DNA of 64,000 nt from an uncultured Alphaproteobacteria bacterium (GTDB taxonomy: Bacteria; Pseudomonadota; Alphaproteobacteria; Acetobacterales; Acetobacteraceae): the NCBI GenBank assembly GCA_963795825.1, contig CAWCIW010000002.1, forward strand, positions 164,799-228,798, in the 5' to 3' direction. The position numbers and the translations under genes were made by a program. The notes beneath the pieces were generated by a model. The model made no database searches. It was not told the origin of the DNA and saw only the letters and a program-made list of their open reading frames with translations. Shown here in pieces: positions 39,597-51,087 of the stretch (positions are counted from its first letter, which is position 1; each line of letters begins with the position of its first letter).

Positions 39597-40169
39597 TCAG
39601 TTCGTGTGCCAGACGCGGTCGCGCAGGGTGGGCACCGGCCCGTCGCGGTCGTGATGCGCCAGCCAGCGTTGCAGGCAGCCGAGCACGGCGGCGGTGGCGG
39701 CCGGGATCTTCGCCGCGAGCGCCTCTTCCACGCCATACCAGCGCGGCTCTTCCATCTCGTCCGAGCCGGCCGGCGTGCCGTGTGCCAGGGCGGCATCGAG
39801 GATGAAGAAATGCGCGTCGAACCGTATGCTGCGGTCGGGCGGGGTTATGGCGCGGCAAAGATATTCCAGGCCGGCCAGGGCGGGCGGGTCGCCGAGGCTC
39901 AGGCCGACTTCCTCGGCGAGCTCGCGGGCTGCGGCGATGGCCAGCGCGTGCGCCAGGCTGGGGGTAGCGGCGCGCTCGAGGCGGGCGCGCGTGCGGGGCG
40001 AGAGTGGAGTGGCGGCGCGGGCATGGTGGTCCGCTGGGTCCACGGCGCCGCCCGGGAACACCAGCATGCCGGGCATGAAGCGATGGGCATCCGAGCGGCG
40101 GGCCATCAGGATTTCGGTGTTGTCGCGCAGGAGGATGAGGCTGGCGGCGTGTCTGGGTTCTGGGGGCAT
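39597..40169 (-). CDS. NUDIX hydrolase
   Basis: AASLILLR, VFPGGAVD, AARELAEEVG, RFDAHFF. Confidence 0.9.
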   Translation of the reverse strand: MPPEPRHAASLILLRDNTEILMARRSDAHRFMPGMLVFPGGAVDPADHHARAATPLSPRTRARLERAATPSLAHALAIAAARELAEEVGLSLGDPPALAGLEYLCRAITPPDRSIRFDAHFFILDAALAHGTPAGSDEMEEPRWYGVEEALAAKIPAATAAVLGCLQRWLAHHDRDGPVPTLRDRVWHTN

Positions 40170-40182
40170 TTGGCCTCGGGGG

Positions 40183-40369
40183 AAGTAAGGAAGAAAGTCG
40201 TCCTTTTTCGAGAAAAAGGACCAAAAAGCTTTGCTCCGACGCCTGCACAAAGGCCTGCGCTACGTCTGCAGGCGCATGTGATGGCAGAACGAGAGTTGGC
40301 TTCGGTGCAGGCGTCGTAGCAAAAGCTTTTTGGTCCTTTTTCTCGAAAAAGGACTGCTTTCTTCCTTGC
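40183..40369. repeat. Palindromic repeat family, full element, long core
   Basis: Two GTCC-type arms; CGACGCCTGCAC...GTGCAGGCGTCG. Confidence 0.95.
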
Positions 40370-40378
40370 CGGATCGCC

Positions 40379-41011
40379 TCAATCATCCATCCCAGCCCGC
40401 CCGCTCTTGAACCGCCACCAATGCCAGAGCAGCCGCGCCGCCAGCGCCCGATACGGCGCCCACCCCAGCGCAATCTCGCGCAACACCGCCGGCGTCGGCC
40501 GCGTCGCCAGCCCGCGCAGATCCGCCGTGGCCGCCTGCAGCGCCAGGTCGCCGGCGGGGAACACGTCGTGCCGCTCCAGCGCGAACAGCAGGTAGATCTC
40601 CGCCGACCACACGCCCAGGCCGCGCACCGCGGAGAGCGCGGCGATGGCCGCCGCATCCTCCATCGCCGCCAGCCGCTCGGTCGCCAGGTGCCCGGTGGCG
40701 AACGCCTCGGCCACCGCGCGCCCGTGGGCGATCTTCGGGCGCGACAGGCCGGCGCCGCGCAGCGCCTCGGGGTCGATCTCGAGGAAGGTTTCCGGCGCCA
40801 GGCTGCCGGGCAGGGCGATGCAGCGGCGCCAGATCGCGGCGGCAGCCTGGTTGCTGATCTGCTGGCCGACGATTGCCGACAGCAGCCCGGGGAAGCCGGG
40901 CGTGCGCACGCGCCAGGGCAGGGGGCCGGCTTCGGCCTCTATGCACGCCAAAGTCGGGTCGGTGGCGGCCAGCCTGTCGAGGCCTTCGCGGGCTTTGGCT
41001 GGTATCGGCAA
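40379..41011 (-). CDS. DNA-3-methyladenine glycosylase II (AlkA, HhH-GPD family)
   Basis: AIVGQQIS, LRGAGLSRPK, VRGLGVWSAE, FPAGDLAL, WAPYR. Confidence 0.92.
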   Translation of the reverse strand: MPIPAKAREGLDRLAATDPTLACIEAEAGPLPWRVRTPGFPGLLSAIVGQQISNQAAAAIWRRCIALPGSLAPETFLEIDPEALRGAGLSRPKIAHGRAVAEAFATGHLATERLAAMEDAAAIAALSAVRGLGVWSAEIYLLFALERHDVFPAGDLALQAATADLRGLATRPTPAVLREIALGWAPYRALAARLLWHWWRFKSGRAGMDD

Positions 41012-41054
41012 GGGTTCGATTTCGCGGGTGCTCCGGGTCGGTCTGGCGGCAGGG

Positions 41055-41510
41055 TCAGCCCGTCCGCGCGAGCGTTCCGGTGTGGCGGTTCATCGCGAAA
41101 GTGGCAATCACCGCGTTGTCCGGCGTGGCAATGGCGAAATTCACCCGGTCCGCGTCGCTGGAAAGCGCGGTGACGTGCCAGGCATGGTTGCCGTGCCAGA
41201 GCAGCCAGGCTTCGGCCACCTTCTGCACGTCGGCCTGGCTGAGCGCGCGGTCCGCCGGGGTGAACACCAGGCCGAACGTATCGCGCCACGCCGGCGGGGC
41301 CGCGCGCCGCCAGCCTTGCATGCGGTGCGCGCCGTCCAGGTCGGGCGCGGCGTCAGGAGCGGCACTCTCCGGCGCCGCCTCATCGCGCGGCGCGGGCGGC
41401 ATTGCCCCGGCGAGGGCCGGGGAAAACTGTTGCGCTCTGGCACTCAACAGGCCGACAACGGAGGCCGATACCCCGAGCAGCCCGGCCAGAAGCACGATAC
41501 CCCACCGCAT
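41055..41510 (-). CDS. Periplasmic hypothetical protein
   Basis: Signal peptide MRWGIVLLAG...; divergent from the two-component system; no family recognised. Confidence 0.65.
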   Translation of the reverse strand: MRWGIVLLAGLLGVSASVVGLLSARAQQFSPALAGAMPPAPRDEAAPESAAPDAAPDLDGAHRMQGWRRAAPPAWRDTFGLVFTPADRALSQADVQKVAEAWLLWHGNHAWHVTALSSDADRVNFAIATPDNAVIATFAMNRHTGTLARTG

Positions 41511-41700
41511 CCGCCCGCTCCCGCCCATTACGAGCCATCATCTTACAGCCTGCCGGCAGCCTGGCGCGCCCGGGAATGAAACGGAGTGAAACGACAGGGT
41601 GGATCGCGCGCGCGGACCCCCCATTCATGTGCAGCGCACGCGCTACGCCGAGCCTTTCCACGCCATCACCGCAGGTCAAGGACCATCCGATTTGGAGACC

Positions 41701-42413
41701 ATGCCGCATATCCTGATCGTCGATGACGACCGGGAAATACGCGAGCTGCTGGCGCGCTTCCTGGAGCGCAACCGCTTCCGCGTGACCGCCGTGCGCGACG
41801 GGCGGGAGGCGCGGCGGCACTGGCCGCTCGGCCACTACCAGCTCGTGGTGCTGGACCTGATGCTGCCCGGCGAGTCCGGGCTGGACATCGCGCGCTGGCT
41901 ACGCACGCAATCCGACATCCCGATCGTGATGCTGACGGCGATGGGCGAGGAGACCGACCGGATCATCGGGCTGGAGCTCGGCGCGGACGATTACGTGCCC
42001 AAGCCGTTCAACGCGCGCGAGCTGCTGGCCCGCATACGCGCCGTGTCTGCGCCGCACCACCGAGCGGGCGGAGAAGCGCGTGGAGCCGAACGCGCGCGCG
42101 ATCCGCTTCAGCGGCTGGCTGCTGGAGCCGGCGCGGCGGCGCCTGCTCAACCCGGACGGCGTGGAGGTGGCGCTCACCGGCGGCGAATACGATCTGCTGG
42201 TGGCGCTGGTGGAGCGCGCCAACCGCGTGCTGACGCGCGACATGCTGCTCGATCTGCTGAAGAGGCCGCCAGGCGGGGCCGTTCGACCGCGCGATCGACG
42301 TCGCGATCAGCCGGTTGCGCCGCAAGCTGGAGGATGACGGACGCCATGCCCAGCTCATCAAGACGGTCCGCGGCGGCGGCTACGTCCTGGCGGCGGATAT
42401 TGAACGTAGCTGA
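41701..42413 (+). CDS. OmpR-family response regulator (+1 indels near 42046 and 42263)
   Basis: ILIVDDD, LDLMLPG, GADDYVPKPF; then LTGGEYDLL and DRAIDVAISRLRRKLE..IKTVRGGGY in successive frames. Confidence 0.92.
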
Positions 42414-43852
42414 CGCGCGCGCGGCCCTGGCGGCCCGCAGCGCCCGGCTGTTCGGCACGGGCCTGGTCGGCACGCGGTTGTCACGCGCGCGGCAGTTCGG
42501 CGGCCGGGTGTTCGGGAACTTGCCTGTCTGGCCCAACAGCCTTGCCAAGCGCACGCTGCTCACGCTGCTGCTGGGCCTCGTGGTGGTGCAGGGCGCGGGG
42601 CTTACGATACATGCGTTCGACCGGGTGAAGTTGCAGCGCTTTGCCGATCTGCGCGACCTCGGCATGCGCTCGATGAGCATCTACCGCACCGTGGTGGGCA
42701 CCGCGCCGGGCGAGCGCCAGGCGGCCCTGCGCGAGATGGATCTGGGGCCTTATATGCACGTGTCGCTGGCGGGCGGGCCGGCGGTGTCGCCCGAGGTGAT
42801 GGAGCCGCCTTATGTGGGCCAGATCCGGGTGAACATGGGGCTGGTGCAGGTGCGCGCGGCGAACCGGCCGCGTGATGTGGTGATACGCGGCACGCCTTGG
42901 TCCGACCCGATCAATATCGGTTTGCAGATGCCCGATTGGGGCTGGCTGAACCTGCGCGCCACGTTGCCGCCGCCGCGGCCCTGGCATTCGCGCGAATTCC
43001 TGTTGGCGTTCGTGCTTATGACGGTGGCTGCCGGCCTGCTCAGCGTCTGGGCGGTGCGCCGGCTGACCGGGCCGGTGGCGCTGCTTGGCCGAAGCGGCCG
43101 AGCGGCTGGGCCGCGACGTGAATGCGCCGCCGCTGCCCGAGACCGGGCCGGACGAGGTGGCGCGCGCCGCCGTCGCGTTCAACACGATGGCCGGGCGGAT
43201 CAGGCGCTTCGTGCAGGACCGCACGTTTCTGCTGACCGCGATCGGCCACGATCTGCGCACGCCGATCACCCGGCTGAAATTGCGCGCCGAGTTCATCGAC
43301 GATGACGAGCAGCGGCTGAAATTCATGGCCGATCTGGATGAGCTGGACGCGATGGTGTCCGCCACTTTGGTGTTCGGGCGCGACACTGCGGATACCGAGC
43401 CGGCGGTGCCGTTCGATCTGGTGGCTTTGTTGCGCACGGTGCTGGACGATGCGGCGGATGCGCGGCCCGACGCCAGCGACAACCTGTCGTTTTCCGGGCC
43501 GTCGCATCTTACGGTGCATGGGCGCATTTTGGCGCTGAAGCGGGTGTTTGCAAACTTGGTGGGCAACGCTGTGAAGTATGGCGGGGCGGCGCGCGTGGTG
43601 CTCGATCTGGAGGCGGTCGCGGGGGTGGCGACTGTTAGCATCGAGGATGACGGGCCGGGGTTGCCGCCCGATGAGTTGGAGCGGGTGTTCGAGCCGTTCT
43701 ACCGGGTGGAGGACAGTCGGAACCGGGAGACCGGCGGGACGGGGCTGGGGTTGCCGATCGCGCGGAACATCTTGCGGGCGCATGGGGGGGATGTGGTTTT
43801 GGGGAACCGGCCTGGGGGTGGGGCTCGGGCTTTGGTTACCTTGCCGGCCTGA
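42400..43852 (+). CDS. EnvZ-like sensor histidine kinase (start uncertain; +1 indel near 43087)
   Basis: Two TM helices, HAMP, HDLRTPITRL, NLVGNAVKYG, DDGPG, GGTGLGL. Confidence 0.9.
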
Positions 43853-43912
43853 GTTGGATAGCTTGGGGGGGTGGCGCGCTCGTTTTGGGCGTGTCGATTT
43901 GCTTGAGGTTGG

Positions 43913-44117
43913 GCAAGAGCGAATCGTCAAGGACGCCAAGTAGAAAGGCAAGGATGCCAAGAGGGGTTCTCGGCGATCTTGGCGTTCTCGCGTCCTCGGC
44001 GATTGATCTTGCTTTCGCGAGCCTCACGACAAAGCAGGGCGCCAGAACTCCACCTCTTGGCGTCCTTATCTTCTTCTTGGCGTCCTTGGTGATTCCTCTT
44101 GCTTCGCTTTGCTTGCC
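43913..44117. repeat. Second inverted-repeat element built from (AAGG)ACGCCAAG units
   Basis: GAATCGTCAAGGACGCCAAG (43921-43940) pairs with CTTGGCGTCCTTGGTGATTC (44076-44095); AAGGATGCCAAGAGG pairs with CCTCTTGGCGTCCTT. Confidence 0.8.
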
Positions 44118-44132
44118 GCTCAGCCGATCCCC

Positions 44133-45129
44133 CTAAACCGACTTGATCGCCAATTTGCCGAAATTCTCGCCGTTGAACAGTTTCAGCAACGTCTCCGGAA
44201 ACGTCTCTAGCCCGTCCACGATGTCCTCTTTGGATTTCAGCGAGCCGTCCTTCAACCAGCCGGCCATCGCCGACATGCCCTCGGCGTAGCGCGCGGCATA
44301 GTCGAACACCACGAAGCCCTCCATGCGCGCATGCTGCACCAGCAGCATCAGGTAGTTCTTCGGACCGGCAACCGCGGTGCTGTTGTATTGCGAGATCGCG
44401 CCGCAGATGATCACGCGCGCATGACGGGCAAGGCGGACGAGCACGTCGTCCAATATGTCGCCGCCGACATTGTCGAAATACACGTCGATGCCCTTGGGAC
44501 AATGCGTGCCCAGAGCGCGCGCCACATTCTCGTTCTTGTAGTCGATCACGCCATCGAAGCCGAGCACATCCTTCAGATACGCGCATTTTTCCGGACCGCC
44601 GGCGAGGCCAACCACGCGGCACCCCTTGATACGCGCGATCTGGCCGACCAACGCACCCACCGCACCGGAGGCCGCCGACACCACGACCGTCTGCCCCGCC
44701 TGCGGCGCACCCACGTCGAGCAGGCCGAAATACGCCGTCATCCCCGGCATGCCGAGCGCGCTGAGATACAGCGGCAGCGGCGCGGCGCGACGCATCCACC
44801 TTCTGCGCGGCCTCGCCCTTGGCCACGGCATAATCCTGCATGCCGAACGTGCCGACAGCGTGGTCGCCGACCTTGAAGCCCGGATGTTTCGAGGCCACGA
44901 CTTCGCCCACCGCGCCGGCGCGCATCACGTCACCCAGCTTGATCGGCGGCAAATAGGAGCGGACGTCGTTCATCCAGCCGCGCATGGCGGGGTCGAGCGA
45001 AATGTAATGCGTGCGGACGAGGATTTCGCCGTCTGCGGGCTCCGGCACGGGGAGCGTGGCGAAGGTGAAGTCGCTGCGTTTCGGCAGGCCTTGCGGGCGG
45101 GCGGTGAGTTGCCATTGGCGGTTTTGCAT
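44133..45129 (-). CDS. NADP-dependent oxidoreductase (CurA/PGR-like; +1 indel near 44791)
   Basis: SLDPAMRGWM, LGMPGMTAYFGL, SAASGAVG, YFDNVGG, CGAISQYN. Confidence 0.92.
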
Positions 45130-45143
45130 TTTGTTTTTTCCTT

Positions 45144-45278
45144 AGAAAGAAAGTCTTCTTTTCTGAAGAAAAGAAGCAAAAGACTTTTGGTCCCTGTCGG
45201 GGAGAACTTCCCCAAACGCCGACAGGGAGCAAAAGCTTTTTGGTTCTTTTTCTCGAAAAGAATTGCTGGCTTACTTGC
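45144..45278. repeat. Palindromic repeat family, full element, short core
   Basis: CCCTGTCGG...CCGACAGGG between inverted arms; right tail holds the ABC-F stop. Confidence 0.93.
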
Positions 45279-47073
45279 TACGCAACATCTCCAACTCCAA
45301 CCAACGCTCCTCGCTACGCGCCAGCTCCGTCTCAGCCTGGCTCAAAGAAGAACTCGTAGCATCGAACTTCTTCCGATCGCGCGTATACAAATTCGCGTCC
45401 GTCAACACACGCTGATACCGCACGATATCGGCCTGCAACTTCGCGATCGCATCCGGCAATTGCGCCAGCTCATGCTGCTGCTTGAACGACATCTTCTTCG
45501 GGCTAGCCGGCTTCGCCACATCCGCCACCGCCGCCCGCTTGCGCGCCTCCGCCTTTACCGATGTCGGCGTGCCGCGCTGTATCAGCATGTCCGAATAGCC
45601 GCCGGCATATTCCTGCCATTTCCCGCCGCCTTCGGACGTGACGGTCGAGGTCACCACGCGGTCCAGGAAATCGCGGTCGTGGCTGACGAGCAGAACGGTG
45701 CCCTGGTAATCGGCGAGCATTTCCTGCAGCAGGTCGAGCGTTTCCAGATCGAGGTCATTGGTCGGCTCGTCGAGGATCATCAGGTTGCTCGGCCGGGCCA
45801 GCGCCACCGCCAGCATCAGCCGGCCGCGCTCCCCGCCGGACAGCACGCCCACCGGCGTGCGCGCCTGCTCGGGACGGAACAGGAAATCCTTCATGTAGCC
45901 GATCACGTGGCGCTTCTGGCCGTTCACCTCGATCTGGTCGCCGGCGCCGCCGGTCAACGTCTCGGACAGGGTGGCGTCGGGGTTCAGGCTGTCGCGCGTC
46001 TGGTCCAAAGTCACGGCCGACAAATTCGTGCCGAGCTTGATTTCGCCGCCATCGGGCTGCTCCACGCCTGTCAGCAGCTTGAGCAACGTGGATTTGCCGG
46101 CGCCGTTGGGGCCCACGATGCCCACGCGGTCGCCGCGTATGATGCGGGCGGAGAAGTCGCGCACCACGGATTGCGTGCCGCCTTCCGGCAACGGGTAGGA
46201 TTTGGTAACGCCTTTGGCAACCGCCACCAATTTGCCGCTGCCCTCCGCCTCGCTGGCCGCCATGCGCACGCCGCCGGTGGGGCGCACGTGTTCGCGCTTG
46301 CTGGCCCGCAGGCCGGCCAGCTCGGCCACGCGGCGCACGTTGCGCTTGCGCCGGGCGGTCACGCCGTAGCGCATCCAGTCCTCCTCGCGGGCGATCTGGC
46401 GGCCGAGCTTGTGCTGGTCGCGCTCTTCCTGTTCGAGCACCTCGTCGCGCCAGGATTCGAAATTGGCGAAACCGCGATCCACCCGGCGGGTGATGCCGCG
46501 GTCCAGCCAGACGATGCTGCGCGACACGCTCTCCAGCAGGCGCCGGTCATGGCTGATCAGCACGATGCCGGCGCGGAGGGAGGCGAGCTCGGTCTCCAGC
46601 CACTCGATGGCCGGCAGGTCTAGGTGGTTGGTCGGTTCGTCGAGCAGGAGCAGGTCCGGGCTGGGTGCGAGGGCGCGGACCAAAGCGGCGCGCCGGCTCT
46701 CGCCGCCGGAGAGGCGACCTGGCGCTTCGTCGCCGGTGAGGCCCACCTGTTCGAGCAGGGCGCGGGCGCGGTAGGGGTCGTCGCCCGGGCCCAGGCCGGC
46801 TTCCACATAGGCGAGCACGGTGGCGGCGTCGCCGAAATCGGGCTCCTGGTGGAGGTAGCGGACGGTGGCGCCCGGCTGCAGGAAACGCACGCCGCTGCTG
46901 GCGGTGAGCAGGCCGGCGGCGATCTTCAGCAGGGTGGATTTGCCGGAGCCGTTGCGGCCGACAAGGCAGATGCGCTCGCCTGCGCCTACCGCGAGCTCGG
47001 CGCCGTCCAGCAAGGGGAGGTTGCCGCCTAGGGTCAGGTGGATGTCTTGGAGGGAGAGTAGGGGGGGCGCCAT
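45271..47073 (-). CDS. ABC-F family ATPase (Uup-like)
   Basis: Two NBDs (GRNGSGKST, GPNGAGKST; LSGGE; LDEPTN), GVTARRKRN linker, C-terminal coiled coil ending EERWLELE. Confidence 0.93.
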   Translation of the reverse strand: MAPPLLSLQDIHLTLGGNLPLLDGAELAVGAGERICLVGRNGSGKSTLLKIAAGLLTASSGVRFLQPGATVRYLHQEPDFGDAATVLAYVEAGLGPGDDPYRARALLEQVGLTGDEAPGRLSGGESRRAALVRALAPSPDLLLLDEPTNHLDLPAIEWLETELASLRAGIVLISHDRRLLESVSRSIVWLDRGITRRVDRGFANFESWRDEVLEQEERDQHKLGRQIAREEDWMRYGVTARRKRNVRRVAELAGLRASKREHVRPTGGVRMAASEAEGSGKLVAVAKGVTKSYPLPEGGTQSVVRDFSARIIRGDRVGIVGPNGAGKSTLLKLLTGVEQPDGGEIKLGTNLSAVTLDQTRDSLNPDATLSETLTGGAGDQIEVNGQKRHVIGYMKDFLFRPEQARTPVGVLSGGERGRLMLAVALARPSNLMILDEPTNDLDLETLDLLQEMLADYQGTVLLVSHDRDFLDRVVTSTVTSEGGGKWQEYAGGYSDMLIQRGTPTSVKAEARKRAAVADVAKPASPKKMSFKQQHELAQLPDAIAKLQADIVRYQRVLTDANLYTRDRKKFDATSSSLSQAETELARSEERWLELEMLRSK

Positions 47074-47103
47074 GCGGGGGTTGTGTGAGCGGCGGGGGGA
47101 TTA

Positions 47104-47285
47104 GGCAAGGAAGGCCTTCTTTTTTGCAAAAAAGAAGCAAAAAACTTTTGTTCCCCCGCCTGCACGATGGCCTGCGCTCCTTCTGCAGCCACGCGCGGTT
47201 GCCCAGCGTGCGCGGGCTTCGGTGCAGGCGGGGAGCAAGAGTTTTTTGCTTCTTTTTTGCAAAAAAGAAGGCCTCCCTTCCTTCC
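47104..47285. repeat. Palindromic repeat family, full element
   Basis: Two CTTCTTTTTTGCAAAAAAGAAG arms; CCCCGCCTGCAC...GTGCAGGCGGGG. Confidence 0.95.
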
Positions 47286-47346
47286 CCGCCGATTTGACTA
47301 CCGCCACCCGCCGGCTCATCTGGCCCCCAAGAATACGGAGCCCCCG

Positions 47347-48848
47347 ATGAAGCTGCACGACGTCCGCGTCCACCCCGAAGCCGACCGCCTTCCCCGCGCG
47401 GACCAACTCGCCTGGAAGATCGCCGCCGTCGCGGCCGACGCCGTGGACGTCCTGCCCGAGGTCGCCGAGATGATCATCAACCGGATCATCGACAACGCGT
47501 CCGTCGCCATCGCCTCGATCAACCGCCACCCGATCGTCACCGCGCGCGACCAGGCGCTGGCCCATCCCCGCGCCGGACGGCGCCACGCTGTTCGGCTGCG
47601 CGCCGGATGTGCGCGTGCATGCCGAATGGGCCGCCTGGGCGAACGGCACCGCGGTGCGCGAGCTGGACTACCACGACACGTTCCTGGCCGCCGAATACAG
47701 CCATCCCGGCGACAACATCCCGCCGATCCTGGCCGTGGCGCAGCAGAAAGGCTGCGACGGCGCGGCACTGGTGCGCGCACTGGCCACCGGCTACGAAATC
47801 CAGGTCGATCTGGTGAAATCGATCTGCCTGCACGCGCACAAGATCGACCACGTGGCGCATCTCGGGCCCGTCCGTGGCGGCGGGTATCGGCACGCTGCTC
47901 GGGCTGCCCACCGAGATCATCTACCAGGCGGTGCAGCAGGCGCTGCACGTGACGACGGCCACGCGCCAGAGCCGCAAGGGCGAGATCAGCAGTTGGAAGG
48001 CGTTCGCGCCGAGCCATGCCGGCAAGCTGGCGATCGAGGCGGTGGATCGCGCGATGCGTGGCGAGGGCGCGCCCAGCCCGATCTACGAAGGCGAGGATAG
48101 CGTGATTGCCTGGATGCTCGACGGCAAGAACGCGCACTACCAGGTGCCGCTGCCCGAGCCGGGCGAGGCCAAGCGCGCCATTCTCGACACCTATACCAAG
48201 GAGCATTCCGCGGAATATCAGAGCCAAGCGCTGATCGATCTGTCGTTCCGCATGGGCAAGCTCGTGGCGGATTGGAATGACGTTGCGGACGTGCTGATCG
48301 AAACCAGCCATCACACGCATTACGTGATCGGCACAGGCGCTAACGATCCGCAGAAATTCGATCCCGAGGCCAGCCGCGAGACGCTGGATCACTCGATCAT
48401 GTATATCGTCGCCGTGGCGCTGCAGGATGGCGCCTGGCACCACGTGCGCAGCTATGCGCCGGAGCGCGCGCGCCGGCCGGATACGGTGGCGTTGTGGAAG
48501 AAGATACGCACCGTGGAAGATCCGAAATGGACCGAGCGGTATCATTCGGCCGATCCCGACGTGAAAGCATTCGGCGGGCGCGTGGTTATCACGATGAAAG
48601 ATGGTCGGGTGATTTCCGACGAGATGGCGGTGGCCAATGCGCATACGCTGGGCGCCACGCCGTGGGGGCGCGCGGATTATGTGCGCAAGTTCCGCATGCT
48701 TACGGAGGGGTTGCTCGAGGCGGCGGAGGCGGAGCGGTTCCTGGGCGTGGTGCAACGGCTACCGAAATTGCGCGCCGATGAGCTGGCGGGGCTTACTATC
48801 GCCATGCCGGCGGGGCGGTTGCAGGTTGGTGTGACTGGGATTTTTTAA
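47347..48848 (+). CDS. prpD: 2-methylcitrate dehydratase (+1 indels near 47576 and 47870)
   Basis: [43 protein letters not shown]; next to prpC and prpB. Confidence 0.93.
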
Positions 48849-48851
48849 AAA

Positions 48852-48988
48852 CAAGGCAAGCAGTCCTTTTTTGAAAAAAAGGACCAAAAAACTTTTGCTC
48901 CCTGTCGGCGGCTGCTGAAACGCGGCGCGACAGCGGAGCAAAAGTCTTTTGCTTCTTTTCTTCAGAAAAGAAGGCCTTGCTTTCTTAC
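48852..48988. repeat. Palindromic repeat family, full element, short core, inside the prp operon
   Basis: GTCC-type left arm, CTTC-type right arm, CTGTCG...CGACAG. Confidence 0.95.
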
Positions 48989-49001
48989 TGTGGAGTGAAC
49001 G

Positions 49002-50159
49002 ATGAGTGAAACCCAAGCGCCGAAGCCGAAGAAAAGCGTAGCCCTGTCCGGCGTGATCGCCGGCAACACCGCGTTGTGCACGGTCGGCCGCACCGGCAAC
49101 GATCTGCATTATCGCGGCTACGACATTCTCGACGTGGCGGAAGCCTGCGAGTTCGAGGAGATCGCGCATCTCCTGGTGCATGGTCGCCTGCCGACAGAAG
49201 CGGAGTTGCGCGCCTACAAGGTGCGTCTGCGTGCGTTGCGTGGGCTGCCTGCGTCATTGCGCACGGTGCTGGAGCAGATACCGGCGGCAGCACACCCGAT
49301 GGACGTGTTGCGCACCGCAGTCAGCCAGCTCGGCTGCCTGTTGCCGGAAAAGGAGGATCACAATCCGGCCGGCGCGCGAGAGATTGCGGATCGGCTGATG
49401 GCGAGCCTTGGGTCCGCGCTGCTATATTGGTGGCATTACACGCAGAATGGCCGCCGCATCGAGGTGGAAACCGACGATGACAGCATCGCCGCGCATTTCC
49501 TGCATCTGCTGCACGGCCGTAAGCCGTCCGCCCTGCATGTGCGCGCGATGCAGACGAGCCTGGTGCTGTATGCGGAACACGAGTTCAACGCATCGACCTT
49601 TGCGGCGCGGGTGATCGCGGGCACCGGGTCGGATATGTATTCGGCGATCACCGGCGGCATCGGCGCGTTGCGCGGGCCGAAGCATGGCGGGGCCAACGAG
49701 GCGGCGCTGGAAATCCAGCAGCGCTATATCTCGCCGGATGCGGCCGAGGCGGACATACGCGCGCGGGTGGCGGCACGCGAGGTGGTGATCGGGTTCGGCC
49801 ATCCGGTTTATACGGTGAGCGATCCGCGCAACGTGGTGATCAAGTCTGTGGCCAAGCGCCTCAGCGAGGATGCCGGCAGCACCGGGCTGTTCGCGGTGGC
49901 CGAGCGTCTGGAAAGCGTGATGTGGGAGCTGAAGAAGATGTTCCCCAATCTCGACTGGTTCAGCGCGGTGAGCTACGCGAAGATGGGCGTGCCGACGGCG
50001 ATGTTCACGCCTTTGTTCGTGATCTCGCGCACCAGCGGTTGGGCCGCACACGTGATCGAGCAGCGGCAGGATGGCAAGATCATCCGCCCCACCGCGAATT
50101 ACGTGGGGCCGGAAGACCTGAAATTCGTGCCGCTCGCCGAGCGTAAGGCGGCAGCATGA
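49002..50159 (+). CDS. prpC: 2-methylcitrate synthase
   Basis: [43 protein letters not shown]. Confidence 0.96.
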   Translation: MSETQAPKPKKSVALSGVIAGNTALCTVGRTGNDLHYRGYDILDVAEACEFEEIAHLLVHGRLPTEAELRAYKVRLRALRGLPASLRTVLEQIPAAAHPMDVLRTAVSQLGCLLPEKEDHNPAGAREIADRLMASLGSALLYWWHYTQNGRRIEVETDDDSIAAHFLHLLHGRKPSALHVRAMQTSLVLYAEHEFNASTFAARVIAGTGSDMYSAITGGIGALRGPKHGGANEAALEIQQRYISPDAAEADIRARVAAREVVIGFGHPVYTVSDPRNVVIKSVAKRLSEDAGSTGLFAVAERLESVMWELKKMFPNLDWFSAVSYAKMGVPTAMFTPLFVISRTSGWAAHVIEQRQDGKIIRPTANYVGPEDLKFVPLAERKAAA

Positions 50160-51076
50160 CATATCTCGTAGGCTCCGAACTGCCGGCCGCGCCGGCGGGT
50201 GCGCGTTTCCGTACGTTGCTGGCGCAGCCTGGCATCTTGCGTCTGCCGGGCGCGCATAACGGGCAGGCGGCGTTGCAGGCGCGCGCGGCGGGGTTTGCCG
50301 GCGTGTATCTGTCGGGAGCGGCGATGTCCGCCTCTATGGGCCTGCCCGATCTCGGCGTTATCACCGTCGAGGATGTGTGTTTCTTCGTGCGCCAGGTGGC
50401 GCGCGCGTCCGGCTTGCCGGTGCTGGTGGATGGCGATACCGGCTACGGCGAGGCGCTGAACGTGATGCACATGGTGCGCAGCTTCGAGGATGCGGGTGCC
50501 GCCGCGGTGCATCTGGAAGACCAGTTGCTGCCGAAGAAATGCGGTCACCTCAACGACAAGCGTCTGGCCGACCCGCGCGACATGGCGGCCAAGGTGGCAG
50601 CCGCGGTGCGGGCGCGCCGGCATCTGTTCGTGATGGCGCGCACCGATGCCGCGGCCAGCGAAGGGCTAGACGGTGCGATCGCGCGCGCGAAGCTCTACGT
50701 CGAGGCAGGTGCGGATGCGATTTTTCCCGAGGCGCTGCACACGGCGGAGATGTTCCGCGCGTTCGCCGCGGCACTGCCCGGCGTCCCGTTGCTCGCCAAC
50801 ATGACGGAGTTCGGCCGCACGCCGTTTTTCACCGCGGGCGAGTTCGAGGCGATGGGATATCGCATGGTGATCTGGCCGGTGAGCTCGCTGCGTGTGGCGA
50901 ACAAGGCGCAGGAAGAGCTGTACGCGGCGATCGCGCGCGACGGCGGCACGCATAAGGTCATCGATCGTATGCAGACCAGGGCGGAGCTTTACGCGACGAT
51001 CGATTACGCGTCGTATGAGGCGCTGGATGCGAGCATTGCGAAAACGGTGGTGCCGGAGGGGATGCCGCAGCGCTGA
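50156..51076 (+). CDS. prpB: 2-methylisocitrate lyase
   Basis: [33 protein letters not shown]. Confidence 0.96.
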   Translation: MTYLVGSELPAAPAGARFRTLLAQPGILRLPGAHNGQAALQARAAGFAGVYLSGAAMSASMGLPDLGVITVEDVCFFVRQVARASGLPVLVDGDTGYGEALNVMHMVRSFEDAGAAAVHLEDQLLPKKCGHLNDKRLADPRDMAAKVAAAVRARRHLFVMARTDAAASEGLDGAIARAKLYVEAGADAIFPEALHTAEMFRAFAAALPGVPLLANMTEFGRTPFFTAGEFEAMGYRMVIWPVSSLRVANKAQEELYAAIARDGGTHKVIDRMQTRAELYATIDYASYEALDASIAKTVVPEGMPQR

Positions 51077-51087
51077 CGGGGGGGGCG

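Noticed and set aside
41599-43305. Hybrid response regulator-sensor protein (568 aa)
   Set aside because: Produced by indels. Correcting them gives an ordinary OmpR/EnvZ-like pair.
47347-48848. Programmed frameshifting or phase variation in prpD and other split genes
   Set aside because: No shared slippery motif or long repeat tract, and essential genes are affected. Sequencing error is the simpler explanation.
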